Assembly: GCA_903891165.1 (NCBI GenBank)
Contig: CAITDR010000124.1
Span: 2,088-66,087 of the forward strand
DNA from: an uncultured Pseudomonadota bacterium
GTDB taxonomy: Bacteria > Myxococcota_A > UBA796 > SXON01
Reading direction: 5' to 3'
Length of the DNA: 64,000 nt
Shown here piece by piece: positions 17,837-27,975 of this stretch. The position numbers and the translations under genes are program-made. A model generated the notes under the pieces. It ran no database searches. It was not told the DNA's origin and was given only the letters and a program-made list of their open reading frames with translations. Numbering within the stretch: position 1 is the first letter of the stretch; the number at the start of each line of letters is the position of its first letter.

Positions 17837-19207
17837 ATGTACCGACTGCTTCCCTTCCTCCCCTCGCTCTTCCTCCTCACCGGCTGCCCCCCTGAAGAAG
17901 TTAAGGAGAGCATTCCCGAATCCGATACCGATACGGATACCGATACCGACACGGACACCGATACCGACGCCGATGCGGACCCGGTGGTGTCGATCACCAG
18001 CCCCACCAACGGCGCCCAGCTCACCGGCGGTCAGGTGGACCTCACCTACACCGTGGAGAATTTTGTGATGGACCCCGCCGCCATCGGCGGCGCAGCGGTA
18101 GAAGGTGTGGGCCATGCCCACATCTACGTGGACAGCAACTACATAGATGCAACCGCCGATCTGGACTATTCGCTGTTGGGCCTGTCCAGCGGTCCCCACA
18201 ACATCGAAGTACGTCTCGCCAACAACGACCACTCTGAGCTGGGGATCTCCGACAGCCTGACCATTGAGATGATCAGCCCCTCCATCCAGATCCTCGCTCC
18301 GCAGACCGGCTCGCCGGTGCCCGGATCTTCGGTGGAGATGCAGGTGCAGATCGGGGACTTCACCCTGGATCCTATCGGCAGCCCCAACGCAACCGGGCAC
18401 GGGCACTACCATGTGGAAGTGGACGGCGTCTACTTCGACCTGAGCAACGACCCCACCACCGCCTACGCCACCCGGCTATCGGCCGGCGCCCACAACATCA
18501 CCGTGCGGCTGGTGGCCAACGATCACCTGCCGATCCAGAACGGTGGCACCTGTGGGGCGGATAACCTGACCTGTTCCAGCATTGACATCACCGTGCCTGC
18601 CGACGGTCCCCAGCTCGCTCTGAGCGACTACGGCGGCGATTATGGCTCGGCGACCGTGCCGGTCAACACCACGGTCAGCAACTTCACGCTGGAGCCCGAT
18701 CATGTAGGTGGAACCAACGAAAGTGGACATGGCCACATCCACATCTACGTGGACGGCAGCTACTACAACTACACCTCGCTGACCAGCGACTGGATCTACA
18801 ACCTGGCCCCCGGTGACCACACGATCAAGGTGGTCCTGGCGAACAATGATCACAGCGAGCTTGGGGTTGTAGACTACCGCTATGTGACCGTGGCGGCAAA
18901 CGCGACCGACGTGCGCATCAGCTCTCCCGCCAACAACGAGGTGGTGACCAGCACCTTCTATACCAACATTTCCGTAAGCAACTTTACGATGGTGGACCCC
19001 ACCTTCAACACGGTAAATATGCCAGGGGAAGGGCACTATCACCTGTACCTGGATGGCATCTACTACGGGCTTTCCTACGACACCAGCATCATGATGAGCA
19101 ACCTGTTGCCCGGCAGCCACACCCTTCAGGTGGAGCTGACCAACAACGATCACTCCGATCTGAACCCGCAGACGCTGAGCGCTCCGATCAACATTACGGT
19201 GCAGTAG
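17837..19207 (+). CDS. Lipoprotein with a DT-repeat linker and four His-motif Ig-like domains (DUF4399/DUF6130-like)
   Basis: AGGAG Shine-Dalgarno, LTGC lipobox, four GHxHxxxD...GxHxxxVxLxxNDH units. Confidence 0.8.
   Translation: MYRLLPFLPSLFLLTGCPPEEVKESIPESDTDTDTDTDTDTDTDADADPVVSITSPTNGAQLTGGQVDLTYTVENFVMDPAAIGGAAVEGVGHAHIYVDSNYIDATADLDYSLLGLSSGPHNIEVRLANNDHSELGISDSLTIEMISPSIQILAPQTGSPVPGSSVEMQVQIGDFTLDPIGSPNATGHGHYHVEVDGVYFDLSNDPTTAYATRLSAGAHNITVRLVANDHLPIQNGGTCGADNLTCSSIDITVPADGPQLALSDYGGDYGSATVPVNTTVSNFTLEPDHVGGTNESGHGHIHIYVDGSYYNYTSLTSDWIYNLAPGDHTIKVVLANNDHSELGVVDYRYVTVAANATDVRISSPANNEVVTSTFYTNISVSNFTMVDPTFNTVNMPGEGHYHLYLDGIYYGLSYDTSIMMSNLLPGSHTLQVELTNNDHSDLNPQTLSAPINITVQ
17921..17980 (+). 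repeat. Coding 6-bp degenerate repeat (Asp-Thr)n
   Basis: GAYACS tandem units encoding DTDTDT...DADAD. Confidence 0.85.
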
Positions 19208-20720
19208 AAGAGAGGAACTCAGCGGCCCGTTTTGCACGCGGGCCGCTGGGATCCAGGGCCAGGTAGCGTGTCCAGGCATCCCGCGTTCGTCCGTCGGGAG
19301 CATCCTGGTAGAACCTACCTCTTTCATACCAGGCGCGCGCATACTCGGGCGAGAGGGTACAGGCCCGGTTGTAGTGGGCGGCGGCCAGCGCCCGGCTGGT
19401 CGCCTTGGGGCTTGCCTCGTAGAAGCTGCCCAACAACAGATGCATCGCCGGATCCTCTGGCCAGCGGATCACCGCTTCACGGGCATCGATCAAGCCTTTT
19501 TCTGGCCCACCCAGGATGGCGCGTCGCATTTGGATACGTGCAACCAGCTCATTTTCGAAGGGGTTGGAGGAGGAGGCGGCGGCGCTCATCGCATCGGTGA
19601 GGCGGTCCACGGCCTCTGGCTCCAATGCCAACGCCGAAGCCAAGGCGGCGGCCCAGATCAGCGCCGGACGCAGGGGCGGCGGTGTAGGCTCCTGGGGACG
19701 CTCGCCGCGCCCCTCCGCCTGGACGAGGTAGCGGAGGCCGGGGAGCAGCGCTGCCTGGGCTTGGAGACGCTCCTGCTCCTTCAGGAGCACATCCGCCTGC
19801 TCCACCCGATCCAGATCCAGCAGCAACAAGAGCCGCGCCACCAGGACATCGGCCGCCGCCGGAGAGGCCGGCCCCAGATCCGCCAGCCCTTCGCGCAGCT
19901 CGCCCTTCCGCGCGTGGACCGCCGCCAACACCAGTAGTGCATCGGGATCTGTGCCGTCGGTAGCCCGCGAAAGTTCCGCAATCGAGAGCGCTTTTGCTAC
20001 ATCGCCACGCCCCAAAAGTGCCCGGGCCTGCACACCCAGGACCCGCGCTCGCAGACGGCCGGGCAGTCGATAGCGCACCTGCACCAGATCGGCGAGCTGC
20101 ACCTGCACGTCGGGCGTACCCAGCTCCACCCGCAGCACCTGAGCCAGCAGATGATCGGGATGATCCAGCAGAATTGAGCGTAGCTCCTGCGCGCTCTCCT
20201 CCTGGCGCCCGGCAGCGTGCAAGATCCGTACCCGCAGCAGGCGCACCCGCAGAGCGGCCAGCTCCTGGATGCCATTCATCCAGGACAAGGCGGCACCGGG
20301 CTCGCCCCCAGACAGGGCAATACGGGCGTAGATCAAGCGCTCTTCGTCGGTAGCCGGAGGAGCCGGGCCCAGGATACGGCGGGCCTGTCCCAGGTCCCCG
20401 TCGCGCAGCGCCAGCTCGGCGCGGACCAGGCGGGAAGCCGGGTCTTCGGGCGGCAGGGAGGCCACCCAGAGCTCCACCTGCTTACGACGGTCGGGCGCCA
20501 CCTCGAAGTCCAGGATGGCCAGCCGTATCGTCGCAAGGGCGGCGTCCACGGCAACGGGATCGGGGGCGCTCTCGCGACGCTGGAGCAGGCGCTGCTCCTC
20601 GTCCCGAAGGCTTTCCAGGGAGGCCTCGCCCAAGGCTTCCGCCGCCTCCACACCGAGCTCCTGAGGAGAGAGTGGAGGGGAACCGCAGCCGAACAGCACC
20701 AGCAGCAGGCCGAGCAACAT
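19194..20720 (-). CDS. TPR-like lipoprotein
   Basis: LFGC lipobox, helical Ala/Leu-rich repeats, C-terminal AWTRYLALDPSG. Confidence 0.7.
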   Translation of the reverse strand: MLLGLLLVLFGCGSPPLSPQELGVEAAEALGEASLESLRDEEQRLLQRRESAPDPVAVDAALATIRLAILDFEVAPDRRKQVELWVASLPPEDPASRLVRAELALRDGDLGQARRILGPAPPATDEERLIYARIALSGGEPGAALSWMNGIQELAALRVRLLRVRILHAAGRQEESAQELRSILLDHPDHLLAQVLRVELGTPDVQVQLADLVQVRYRLPGRLRARVLGVQARALLGRGDVAKALSIAELSRATDGTDPDALLVLAAVHARKGELREGLADLGPASPAAADVLVARLLLLLDLDRVEQADVLLKEQERLQAQAALLPGLRYLVQAEGRGERPQEPTPPPLRPALIWAAALASALALEPEAVDRLTDAMSAAASSSNPFENELVARIQMRRAILGGPEKGLIDAREAVIRWPEDPAMHLLLGSFYEASPKATSRALAAAHYNRACTLSPEYARAWYERGRFYQDAPDGRTRDAWTRYLALDPSGPRAKRAAEFLSSTAP

Positions 20721-20721
20721 C

Positions 20722-22137
20722 TCAGCCTTGGAGGAACCAGATCAGCACTACCAGAGCAAAAAAAGCCAGACCCATCAGCGCGACCAGCGCCGCCAACAGC
20801 TTGGTCAGCGCACCCATGTCCGGGGCGGCAGGTGGCGGCGGCGCCACCTCTTCCGACTCCGGATCAGGGCCGGAGAGCAGAGCCGATCCCGAAGATGGAA
20901 CCGGCACTTTTTCAATCACTTCCATGGGCCGCTTGCGCGACTCGGTGGGCTCGTTCAGGGGTTCGGGCGCGGGTGCCGACCGCGAGAGCTGCACCAGGTT
21001 TTCGTCCTCCTCCTCCATCCGTGCGGGCTCGGCCTCCGATGCCGAGGGCTGCACACCCATAGACGCCTGCCAATCCCGAAGATTCAGCGTCTCCCGTAGG
21101 TTTTCGTCCTTCCGCGTGTGCATGGGCTTACGCTGGCCATTTTCGCCAGGGCGCAGCACCAGCATGATCTGGGTGTCCTCGGCGCGGCCGGGGACATTGG
21201 CGGAGTTCATCTGAGCGGCATCTTTGCCAGGATCCGTGTCCTCCTGAGCGGATAACATCTGCTCCCGCGTTGCGATGGGGGAGAAGCTGGTGTGCTCCTC
21301 GCGGTCGTCGCGACGAGAGGCCTGCACCGTCACCTTGAAGAGCGACGGGAAGTTGGCCCCCTCCTCCATCATCACCGCTGCCTGTTTGGCTTCCGTATGT
21401 TCGGGTTCCTCTGCCAGATCTGCCCCACCCAGCTCTTCAAGGAGCTTGTCCACGGGGCTGTCCTTGCTGGTGAAGGTGCCATTGAGTCCCCAGAGCAGGT
21501 CCTGAACCCGACGATTCTCCGGGTCCATCCTCCGCAAACGCTCCAAAATACTCTGCGCCCGAAAAGAGGAGCCAGTCGTAAGAAAATACTCGGCCAACCC
21601 GATCAAGGCGGCGGGATCCCCGCTCCCCTCGATCTCCCGCGCCTGTTGCCCCAAGCGCACCGGCTCGGCCTGCGCGCGCTTCCACAGCTCCTCCACCTCG
21701 GGTCCAGAACGATGTTCCCGGAGCGCGGTGAGAATCTTCCGGGCATGCGAAGGCCAACCCCGCTCCAGGTAGATCTCGGCCAGCAGGCGCTGTGCCTCCA
21801 CATCCTCGGGGTTACTTTCGGTCACTTCGCGTGCCCGCGCCATGGCCCGATCCATCAGCCGCAGGGCGAACAGGGCGCGAGCCTCCGCAAAACGTGACCT
21901 TCGAGTAGGGTTTCCGCCAACCACCCACGCTTCAACAACACGAATGACGTTGCGATGATCGCTGCGCGCAGAGAGCTGCTGCACCAGCTCGTCCAGGCGG
22001 CGATCTCGGGGCGACAGGAGGGGAGAGGGGGCGACAGGAGGCAAGGGCAAAAGATACCACGGATCGGGATTGCGCGCCGCTACAAGGCGACCCGCAAACC
22101 GAGGTGGCCCCCAAAGCTCTGATCCAGGGGTCCCCAA
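20722..22137 (-). CDS. TPR protein with a disordered linker and C-terminal TM anchor
   Basis: TPRs (AQRLLAEIYLERG), acidic/Pro-rich region, hydrophobic tail; start uncertain. Confidence 0.65.
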   Translation of the reverse strand: MGTPGSELWGPPRFAGRLVAARNPDPWYLLPLPPVAPSPLLSPRDRRLDELVQQLSARSDHRNVIRVVEAWVVGGNPTRRSRFAEARALFALRLMDRAMARAREVTESNPEDVEAQRLLAEIYLERGWPSHARKILTALREHRSGPEVEELWKRAQAEPVRLGQQAREIEGSGDPAALIGLAEYFLTTGSSFRAQSILERLRRMDPENRRVQDLLWGLNGTFTSKDSPVDKLLEELGGADLAEEPEHTEAKQAAVMMEEGANFPSLFKVTVQASRRDDREEHTSFSPIATREQMLSAQEDTDPGKDAAQMNSANVPGRAEDTQIMLVLRPGENGQRKPMHTRKDENLRETLNLRDWQASMGVQPSASEAEPARMEEEDENLVQLSRSAPAPEPLNEPTESRKRPMEVIEKVPVPSSGSALLSGPDPESEEVAPPPPAAPDMGALTKLLAALVALMGLAFFALVVLIWFLQG

Positions 22138-23066
22138 TTCAGCTGTCCGTACACTTTTACCAGGAAAATGTTGGCTTGGACACCGGCAAAGACGCGCGCG
22201 GAGCTGTCCGCAGCCAGACCGTTTGTGACCAGCGTGGCATCCACCCGCCCAAGCCGTTGTTTCTGGCCTTCATATTCGATTTGTAGCGGGCCTCCCAGGG
22301 ACAGATCCGTGGTGGCCCGGCTGCCGCCCAGGCGCAGGTCGAAACCCAGGCCGGTATAGAGGCCCACCACCGAGAGGCGCATATTGGTGGACAGCTCGAT
22401 GGGGACGGTGCTGGCATTGCTCTCCAGCGTAAAACTGCCGGAGGCATCCCAGCGTACGGCGTCGGCCTCGACCGGCATGGTCTGAGAAAGCTGCAGATGG
22501 TAACGCGATAGCTCGTAGCCGGTCGTCAGATCCAGGCCGCCCCACTCCACAATTCCCTTGTGCGGTGGCCGGATCATCTTGAACTGTAGATGGGCCCCCA
22601 GGTTCTGCATCTCCGCCTCAAAAACGCCGGTTTTTCCTTTCAGGGCCATCCCGTTGACCGAAAGCACAAAACGCCGGAGGACACTCTCGTCACCAGAAAG
22701 AAAGCCCAGGTTCAAGGCTGCCATCAGGGAAAGCTGCACCGAATAGCCACCTTCAGGAAGCTGCTCTGGGCCCCAGGTGAGCGAGGGGGCGATGCCGTTT
22801 TCCGAGCTGCCAAAGGAGGCGCCCACCACAAAACGCTGGGGGTTGCTGGCATAGTCCACCCCCATCCCTTTGGTGGACAGGGCGTTGGCATTGGCCATCC
22901 GCTCCAGGAACTCTTCGTGCCCGTCGATATGCAGGGTTCCATCCACCTTATCGGCGATGTCTTGCTGGATCTGCTCGGCGTCCAACCCCGCCTGGGCGGC
23001 CAGCTGAGGGTCCACCTGCACCCGGACCTGCTGCGCCAGCGCCATGCTGAAAAGTGCGATGATCAT
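22080..23066 (-). CDS. Putative outer-membrane beta-barrel protein (Lsa36-like)
   Basis: Short signal peptide, amphipathic strands, C-terminal FGGHLGLRVAL; AGGAGG Shine-Dalgarno before ATG 23066. Confidence 0.6.
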   Translation of the reverse strand: MIIALFSMALAQQVRVQVDPQLAAQAGLDAEQIQQDIADKVDGTLHIDGHEEFLERMANANALSTKGMGVDYASNPQRFVVGASFGSSENGIAPSLTWGPEQLPEGGYSVQLSLMAALNLGFLSGDESVLRRFVLSVNGMALKGKTGVFEAEMQNLGAHLQFKMIRPPHKGIVEWGGLDLTTGYELSRYHLQLSQTMPVEADAVRWDASGSFTLESNASTVPIELSTNMRLSVVGLYTGLGFDLRLGGSRATTDLSLGGPLQIEYEGQKQRLGRVDATLVTNGLAADSSARVFAGVQANIFLVKVYGQLNWGPLDQSFGGHLGLRVAL

Positions 23067-23112
23067 CGTGCCTCCTGGGGATTGGACACCACTTAAGAAC
23101 TCTCTAACGCCC

Positions 23113-23994
23113 TCAGCCGCGAAAAAGCTCCCGGACGGCACGGCGGACCACCCCCGGCAGATCGGCGTAGCGGGTGGCGCGATAGATTCTTCCATGTCCT
23201 TCCTGGGCCATTTCGCGACAACACCGCGCGCCTTGGGGGTGGTGGTCCCCCAGATGTACCACATGGAGGCGTGGAAAGCGCCGGGCGACCGGCACCGGGT
23301 TCCGACCCACATTGGCCAGCCCATCGGTGAGCAACAGCCCCACCCGATCCCGCTCGCGTCCGCTCCGAAGTTCTATCAGAGCCCGCTCCAAGCCCGCTTC
23401 GATATTGGTATAGCCCTGGGCAGGCACCTCCAGGACCCGACGCACCACCTCCCGCGGGGACAGCTCCTCCTCCACCCCCACCAGCCGATGTGCAGTTGTA
23501 TCAAAGACTACAACTCCAACCTTCTCCAGCTTCAAGCGCAAGATTGCCACCGCCACCGCAATCAGCGCCACCTTCTCTCCGGTCATCGACAGCGACATGT
23601 CCAGGATGGTGACCAGGGCCAAGGCACGCGGGCTTTGCTGGGTAAGACGCAATTGCTCTGGGCGCACCAAGCCCGACACCCCCAAAAAACCAGCTTCCAG
23701 GCTACGCTCCAAGTCCAGCTCTCCGGGGCCGGGCCAGGCATGTTCCGCAAGTGCGACCGGCCGGGCGGCATGGCGGAGAAGGTCGCGTGCGCGGCGGAGG
23801 ATCGCGTCGATGGCGGCCTCGCGCGCCTTCCGACGGAGCGGAGCCGGCAGCTGCGCTCCCAGCTTCCGCCAGTTTTTGGCCAGCTCCCAGCCCCCGGGCA
23901 GCTCGCTCTGATCCTCTCCTGCGGCGGCGTGGGCTTCGATCAGAGAGGACGCTGCTCCACTATCGTGGGACAGCAACCCCGCGGTGGGCTTCAC
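23113..23994 (-). CDS. VWA-domain protein (MoxR partner)
   Basis: MIDAS DMSLSM, GYTNI, LLTDG; GELDLERSL motif. Confidence 0.85.
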   Translation of the reverse strand: MKPTAGLLSHDSGAASSLIEAHAAAGEDQSELPGGWELAKNWRKLGAQLPAPLRRKAREAAIDAILRRARDLLRHAARPVALAEHAWPGPGELDLERSLEAGFLGVSGLVRPEQLRLTQQSPRALALVTILDMSLSMTGEKVALIAVAVAILRLKLEKVGVVVFDTTAHRLVGVEEELSPREVVRRVLEVPAQGYTNIEAGLERALIELRSGRERDRVGLLLTDGLANVGRNPVPVARRFPRLHVVHLGDHHPQGARCCREMAQEGHGRIYRATRYADLPGVVRRAVRELFRG

Positions 23995-24812
23995 AACGGC
24001 GGGGACGCGCTCAGTTTTTTTTTGAGATCCTCAACAATCTGGGCCAGCTGGCCCGGCTCCAGGGCCTCCACCCGCGTGGGTAAGGCCAGGGCCGCCGCCC
24101 GACCCAGATCTCCGCCCAGACCCACGGCAATATCGGCGATGGCGATGGCTGCGCGTACCGACGCTCCCCGGCGAAGGCGGGGATCCTGGCGGGTGGCCCG
24201 CACCAGCGCGACCGCCTCGCGGATCAGAGCCTCCGTTGGAGAACGTCGGCATTCCTGGCGAAGGATCTCGCATTCCTCCTCCGCGCTCTGGTAGCCCAGG
24301 CGCACCAGCTCAAATCGATCCTGAAGGGCCTCCGACAGTGCCCCGGTCGCGACAAATTCCGCCGGATTCTGGGTAGCCACCACCGCAAAACCCTCCTTAG
24401 CCCTCACTTCTCCCAACTGCGGCACCTGCAGCCGTCCCTCGTCCAGCGCCGGCAGCAGCACATTCTGCACACCCTCCGGCATACGGTTCAGCTCGTTCAG
24501 GAAAAGCACCGCTCCTTCCTGCATGGCGCGCATCAGCGGCCCAGCCAGAAAATTCTCCGGCTGATAGCCCCGTGCGAGGACCGCCGGGGGGTCAAAGGCC
24601 CCGACCAGCCTGGACTCGGTGTAGCGTCCATCGCCATCTACGCGGATCATTCCTCGACCGAGCCGATCCGCTACCGAACGCGCAAGAACGGTTTTACCCA
24701 CACCAACGGGCCCCTCCAAAAGCACATGCCGGCCTGCCTCCAGGCAAGCCAGCATGGACTCCCGCTCTTCCAAACGCCCGACAATAGCGGACGCCTCAGA
24801 GGCAAGAATCAA
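23991..24812 (-). CDS. MoxR-family AAA+ ATPase
   Basis: EGPVGVGKT, FLNELNR, ATQNP, ALQDRF. Confidence 0.9.
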   Translation of the reverse strand: MILASEASAIVGRLEERESMLACLEAGRHVLLEGPVGVGKTVLARSVADRLGRGMIRVDGDGRYTESRLVGAFDPPAVLARGYQPENFLAGPLMRAMQEGAVLFLNELNRMPEGVQNVLLPALDEGRLQVPQLGEVRAKEGFAVVATQNPAEFVATGALSEALQDRFELVRLGYQSAEEECEILRQECRRSPTEALIREAVALVRATRQDPRLRRGASVRAAIAIADIAVGLGGDLGRAAALALPTRVEALEPGQLAQIVEDLKKKLSASPPL

Positions 24813-25522
24813 CGGCGATTCAGGCGCATCAGCAGCGAGAGGATGTTCCAGAACAGGACCAGGATCCCCAGCGTGATGGTGTAGGCACCTTCCACGTGCA
24901 TGGATGTGGTGAAGCGGTGGATGACGCCATTGAGCTGGTACAGCAGAGATCCTGCAGAAATCAGCACAAAGACGCCGGAAATCACCAGACCAAAGCCGCC
25001 GCCGAACAGGCCAGGGAAGGCAAAGGACACCGCCATGATGATCAGCATGGGAATGCTGAGCGCCGAAAGTGCAGCGCCGATCATGGAGAATTCACGCGGC
25101 GCCGACCATGCGTAAGCGGCCATGCCCAAGGCGGAGAAGAAGGTGAGGCCACCTGCCAGTCCGATGAGCAAAAAGGGATTGCCGAAGCTTGCCCCGCTGA
25201 CCAGCATTGCCGCGAGCAGCAAAAAACCCATCGCGACGCCCTGCGCGGCAGTACCCAGGAAGAAGCCGGGCCACTTCGCATTGCCGAAGACCATGGGCTG
25301 TGCGACGAAGTTGGTGATCGCCCAACAGCCCAGGATCAGGATCATGGGCGCATAGCCGCTGAGCAACTGGGGGGTGGTGGCAATCACCGTCGCACTGGCG
25401 ACGCTGGTGATACCGGACACGCCCAGCCCCAACAGGGTGGTGCTGAGCACCCGGCGCAAGTACGCGCTGCGGTCGGCCTGGGTTGCATGGGCAACCACCG
25501 CTTCAAAACTATAGGAAGACAT
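24809..25522 (-). CDS. Bax inhibitor-1 / YccA family membrane protein
   Basis: R.AYLRRV N-terminus, about seven TMs, LFWNILSLL C-terminus. Confidence 0.8.
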   Translation of the reverse strand: MSSYSFEAVVAHATQADRSAYLRRVLSTTLLGLGVSGITSVASATVIATTPQLLSGYAPMILILGCWAITNFVAQPMVFGNAKWPGFFLGTAAQGVAMGFLLLAAMLVSGASFGNPFLLIGLAGGLTFFSALGMAAYAWSAPREFSMIGAALSALSIPMLIIMAVSFAFPGLFGGGFGLVISGVFVLISAGSLLYQLNGVIHRFTTSMHVEGAYTITLGILVLFWNILSLLMRLNRR

Positions 25523-25620
25523 GGACTCTCCAGAGCTACAGGCTAGCCAGGATGCGGGGGGAGTCAAGCCAGCGCTTTCACTTTCAGGATCATGCCCGGA
25601 CGATTTTGTAGTCTACCTTA

Positions 25621-26283
25621 CTATTTTACCGATCCACCCCAGTCCACGCGGGTCCACCCCCGACGCCGCGCCTCTCTGGCCAGGGCGGGGTCGGGGTTGA
25701 CCACGACCGGATGTCGCACCCGCTCCAGCACGGGCATGTCCGAATAAGAATCCGTATAAAACCAGGACTCTTCCAGCTTTTCCCCAAGCTGCAACGCCAG
25801 TCGCTCTGCATGTACTACCTTGCCGGCACCAAAACAGAGGGGGCGCTGGGGCTGGCCAGTGAACCGACCGTCCTGGACCTGGAATTGGTTGCAGCAGAGG
25901 TGGGGGATTCCCAGGCTTTCCCCTACAGCTTCGCTCAGATAAATGGAGGAGGAAGTGAGCAGAGCCAGGCTGTGCCCCTGCTCCCGGTGCTGCTGCACCG
26001 CGGGCAGGGCTCCGGGGCGAAAGGTACGCTCCACCTCGCTCCGGTAGAAGCGGAGGCTGCGTTCACGCAGAACCTCCTCCTCCTCCCCCGCCAACGTGGC
26101 GATGGCCTCCTCCAAAATAGGCTCCATCCTGCTGAAACCAAGGTGGTAACCGAAGATCCACAGGGCGGCGCGCGCGGCCTGACCGATACGGATGCGGCCC
26201 TCCCGCCGCTCAAAAGCCACCCATAGCTGCCCTGAATTGACGCTGATCAGGGTGCGGTCCAGGTCAAAGAAGGCGATGGGCAA
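25621..26283 (-). CDS. HAD-IB (SerB-like) hydrolase
   Basis: AFFDLDRTL, GAGK, YTDSYSD, VNPD. Confidence 0.9.
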   Translation of the reverse strand: MPIAFFDLDRTLISVNSGQLWVAFERREGRIRIGQAARAALWIFGYHLGFSRMEPILEEAIATLAGEEEEVLRERSLRFYRSEVERTFRPGALPAVQQHREQGHSLALLTSSSIYLSEAVGESLGIPHLCCNQFQVQDGRFTGQPQRPLCFGAGKVVHAERLALQLGEKLEESWFYTDSYSDMPVLERVRHPVVVNPDPALAREARRRGWTRVDWGGSVK

Positions 26284-26381
26284 AGCAGCTCCGGCGACGG
26301 AAGGAGATAGCGCATGACCGCGTGGGACTCAAGCCCAGCGCGCAGATGGCCGTATGTCCGGACGTGGAAGGCCAGACGCTC

Positions 26382-26765
26382 ATGCACCCAACCCCCCGTG
26401 TCCTGGTCATTGATGACGAGGAAAAAGTCTGTGTGGCCTTACGACGCAGCCTGCGCGCCCAGGGGGATACGACCACCATCTCTTCCCCGGTGGCGGCGCT
26501 CCAACACTTCCAGGAAGGTGCGCGCTATGATCTGGTCTTCTGCGACCTGCGTATGCCAGGCATGTCCGGACCAGAGCTGTATCACGAGCTGTTGCGCGTT
26601 GCGCCGGAGCAGGCTGCGCGGGTGGTGTTTATGACCGCCGACGCGGATCGGTGGGAGCACCACGAATTTTTAAGCCGGGTGGCCAACCGCTTCATCGAAA
26701 AACCCTTCGATATCCGGCGGGTCCGTGAGCTGGCCACCGCCTGCTGCACCTACACCAATTCGTAG
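26382..26765 (+). CDS. Single-domain response regulator
   Basis: VIDDE, CDLRMP, FMTA, EKPF. Confidence 0.85.
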   Translation: MHPTPRVLVIDDEEKVCVALRRSLRAQGDTTTISSPVAALQHFQEGARYDLVFCDLRMPGMSGPELYHELLRVAPEQAARVVFMTADADRWEHHEFLSRVANRFIEKPFDIRRVRELATACCTYTNS

Positions 26766-27577
26766 GCCGCTTCCTCCAGAAGTTTTCGTAGCAGGGCCAG
26801 GTGCAGGCTGTGGCCTGAGCGCCAGGCCCGGAAGTGGCCCAGGACCGGGGCGCCGATCAGGGAAAGATCCCCGAAGAAATCCAGGGCTTTGTGGCGGACA
26901 ACCTCATCCGGAGCGCGCAGACCGCCCGGGTTCAGGGGGCCTTCGTCCCCAAAAACCAGGGTATTTTCCAGGCTTGCGCCACGCGCCAGACCCATCGCCA
27001 CAAGCCGCTCGGCGTCCGCGAAAAAACCCAGGGTACGCGCCCATGAAAGCTCCGCCACAAAATCTGCAGGTCCGCCTGCCCAGTGCTGGGTGCCGATCGC
27101 GGGATGGGCAAAGGTGACGCCCATCGTCAGGCGAAGTTGCTCGGACGGCTCGACCTCCATCCAGCTTTCTCCAACTTCAACACGGAGAGGAGCCCGGACA
27201 CGAAGGGTAGACACCGGTGCCGCCTGCACCAACAATCCGGCCCGTTGGATGGCCTCCACCCAGGGACCGGCCGTCCCGTCGAGAACCGGGACTTCTCCGC
27301 CCTCCACCTCTATTTCCAGGTTGTCCACCCCCGCCGTGTAGAGCGCCGCCCCCAGGTGCTCGACCATGGACACCCGCTGTGTACCTACACCCAGGGTGGT
27401 GGCCAGCTGGGTACCGGTCACAAAGGGCACCCGCGCCGGGATACGCTCCCCTCCGAGTACATATACCAGACCGCTATGTACGGGCGCCGGGCGGGCGCTA
27501 AGACGTACGGATGCACCGGTGTGGAGTCCCCTCCCCTCCATCACAAAGGGGCGGGCAAGGGTCTGCTGCGGCCTCAC
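26750..27577 (-). CDS. lpxC: UDP-3-O-acyl-GlcNAc deacetylase
   Basis: QQTL, GLHTG, VEHL, EVPVLDG, RHKALDFFGDL, SGH. Confidence 0.95.
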   Translation of the reverse strand: MRPQQTLARPFVMEGRGLHTGASVRLSARPAPVHSGLVYVLGGERIPARVPFVTGTQLATTLGVGTQRVSMVEHLGAALYTAGVDNLEIEVEGGEVPVLDGTAGPWVEAIQRAGLLVQAAPVSTLRVRAPLRVEVGESWMEVEPSEQLRLTMGVTFAHPAIGTQHWAGGPADFVAELSWARTLGFFADAERLVAMGLARGASLENTLVFGDEGPLNPGGLRAPDEVVRHKALDFFGDLSLIGAPVLGHFRAWRSGHSLHLALLRKLLEEAAYELV

Positions 27578-27975
27578 TTCGGCGCCGCCGGGATTCCCTC
27601 CACCTTATCGCCGACCTTGATACCATTTCTGGAATACCAACCCTGGTTTACCTCAAGAGCATACTGAGCTGGCCCAGCGGAGGCGGTGCCATGGGTATCC
27701 AAGGGCTTCATATCGGAAATACTGATAATTACGCCCCGAGTATCGAGAAAAGCTATAGAAAGAGGGATACGCGTATTTTTCATCCAGAAGGAGCGAGGCT
27801 CAGCATTCTCATACACAAAGAGCATCCCCTGACTCTCAGGCATACTCTCCCGATACATCAGGCCCAAGGCCCGTTCTTCGCCATTGTCGGCGATCTCCAC
27901 GGAGATCGGCTTTCCCGCCACGGTGAGTGTGCTGAGATCCGCGCCATTACAAGCCAAAATCCATGCAAAAATCAT
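27574..27975 (-). CDS. DUF192 lipoprotein
   Basis: GLMYR, GMLFVY, FWMKNT.IPLSIAF, ALEVNQG. Confidence 0.92.
   Translation of the reverse strand: MIFAWILACNGADLSTLTVAGKPISVEIADNGEERALGLMYRESMPESQGMLFVYENAEPRSFWMKNTRIPLSIAFLDTRGVIISISDMKPLDTHGTASAGPAQYALEVNQGWYSRNGIKVGDKVEGIPAAPK

Noticed and set aside
17921-17980. DT repeat as a DNA-level element
   Set aside because: Third positions vary while the peptide is constant, so it is a protein linker common in such lipoproteins
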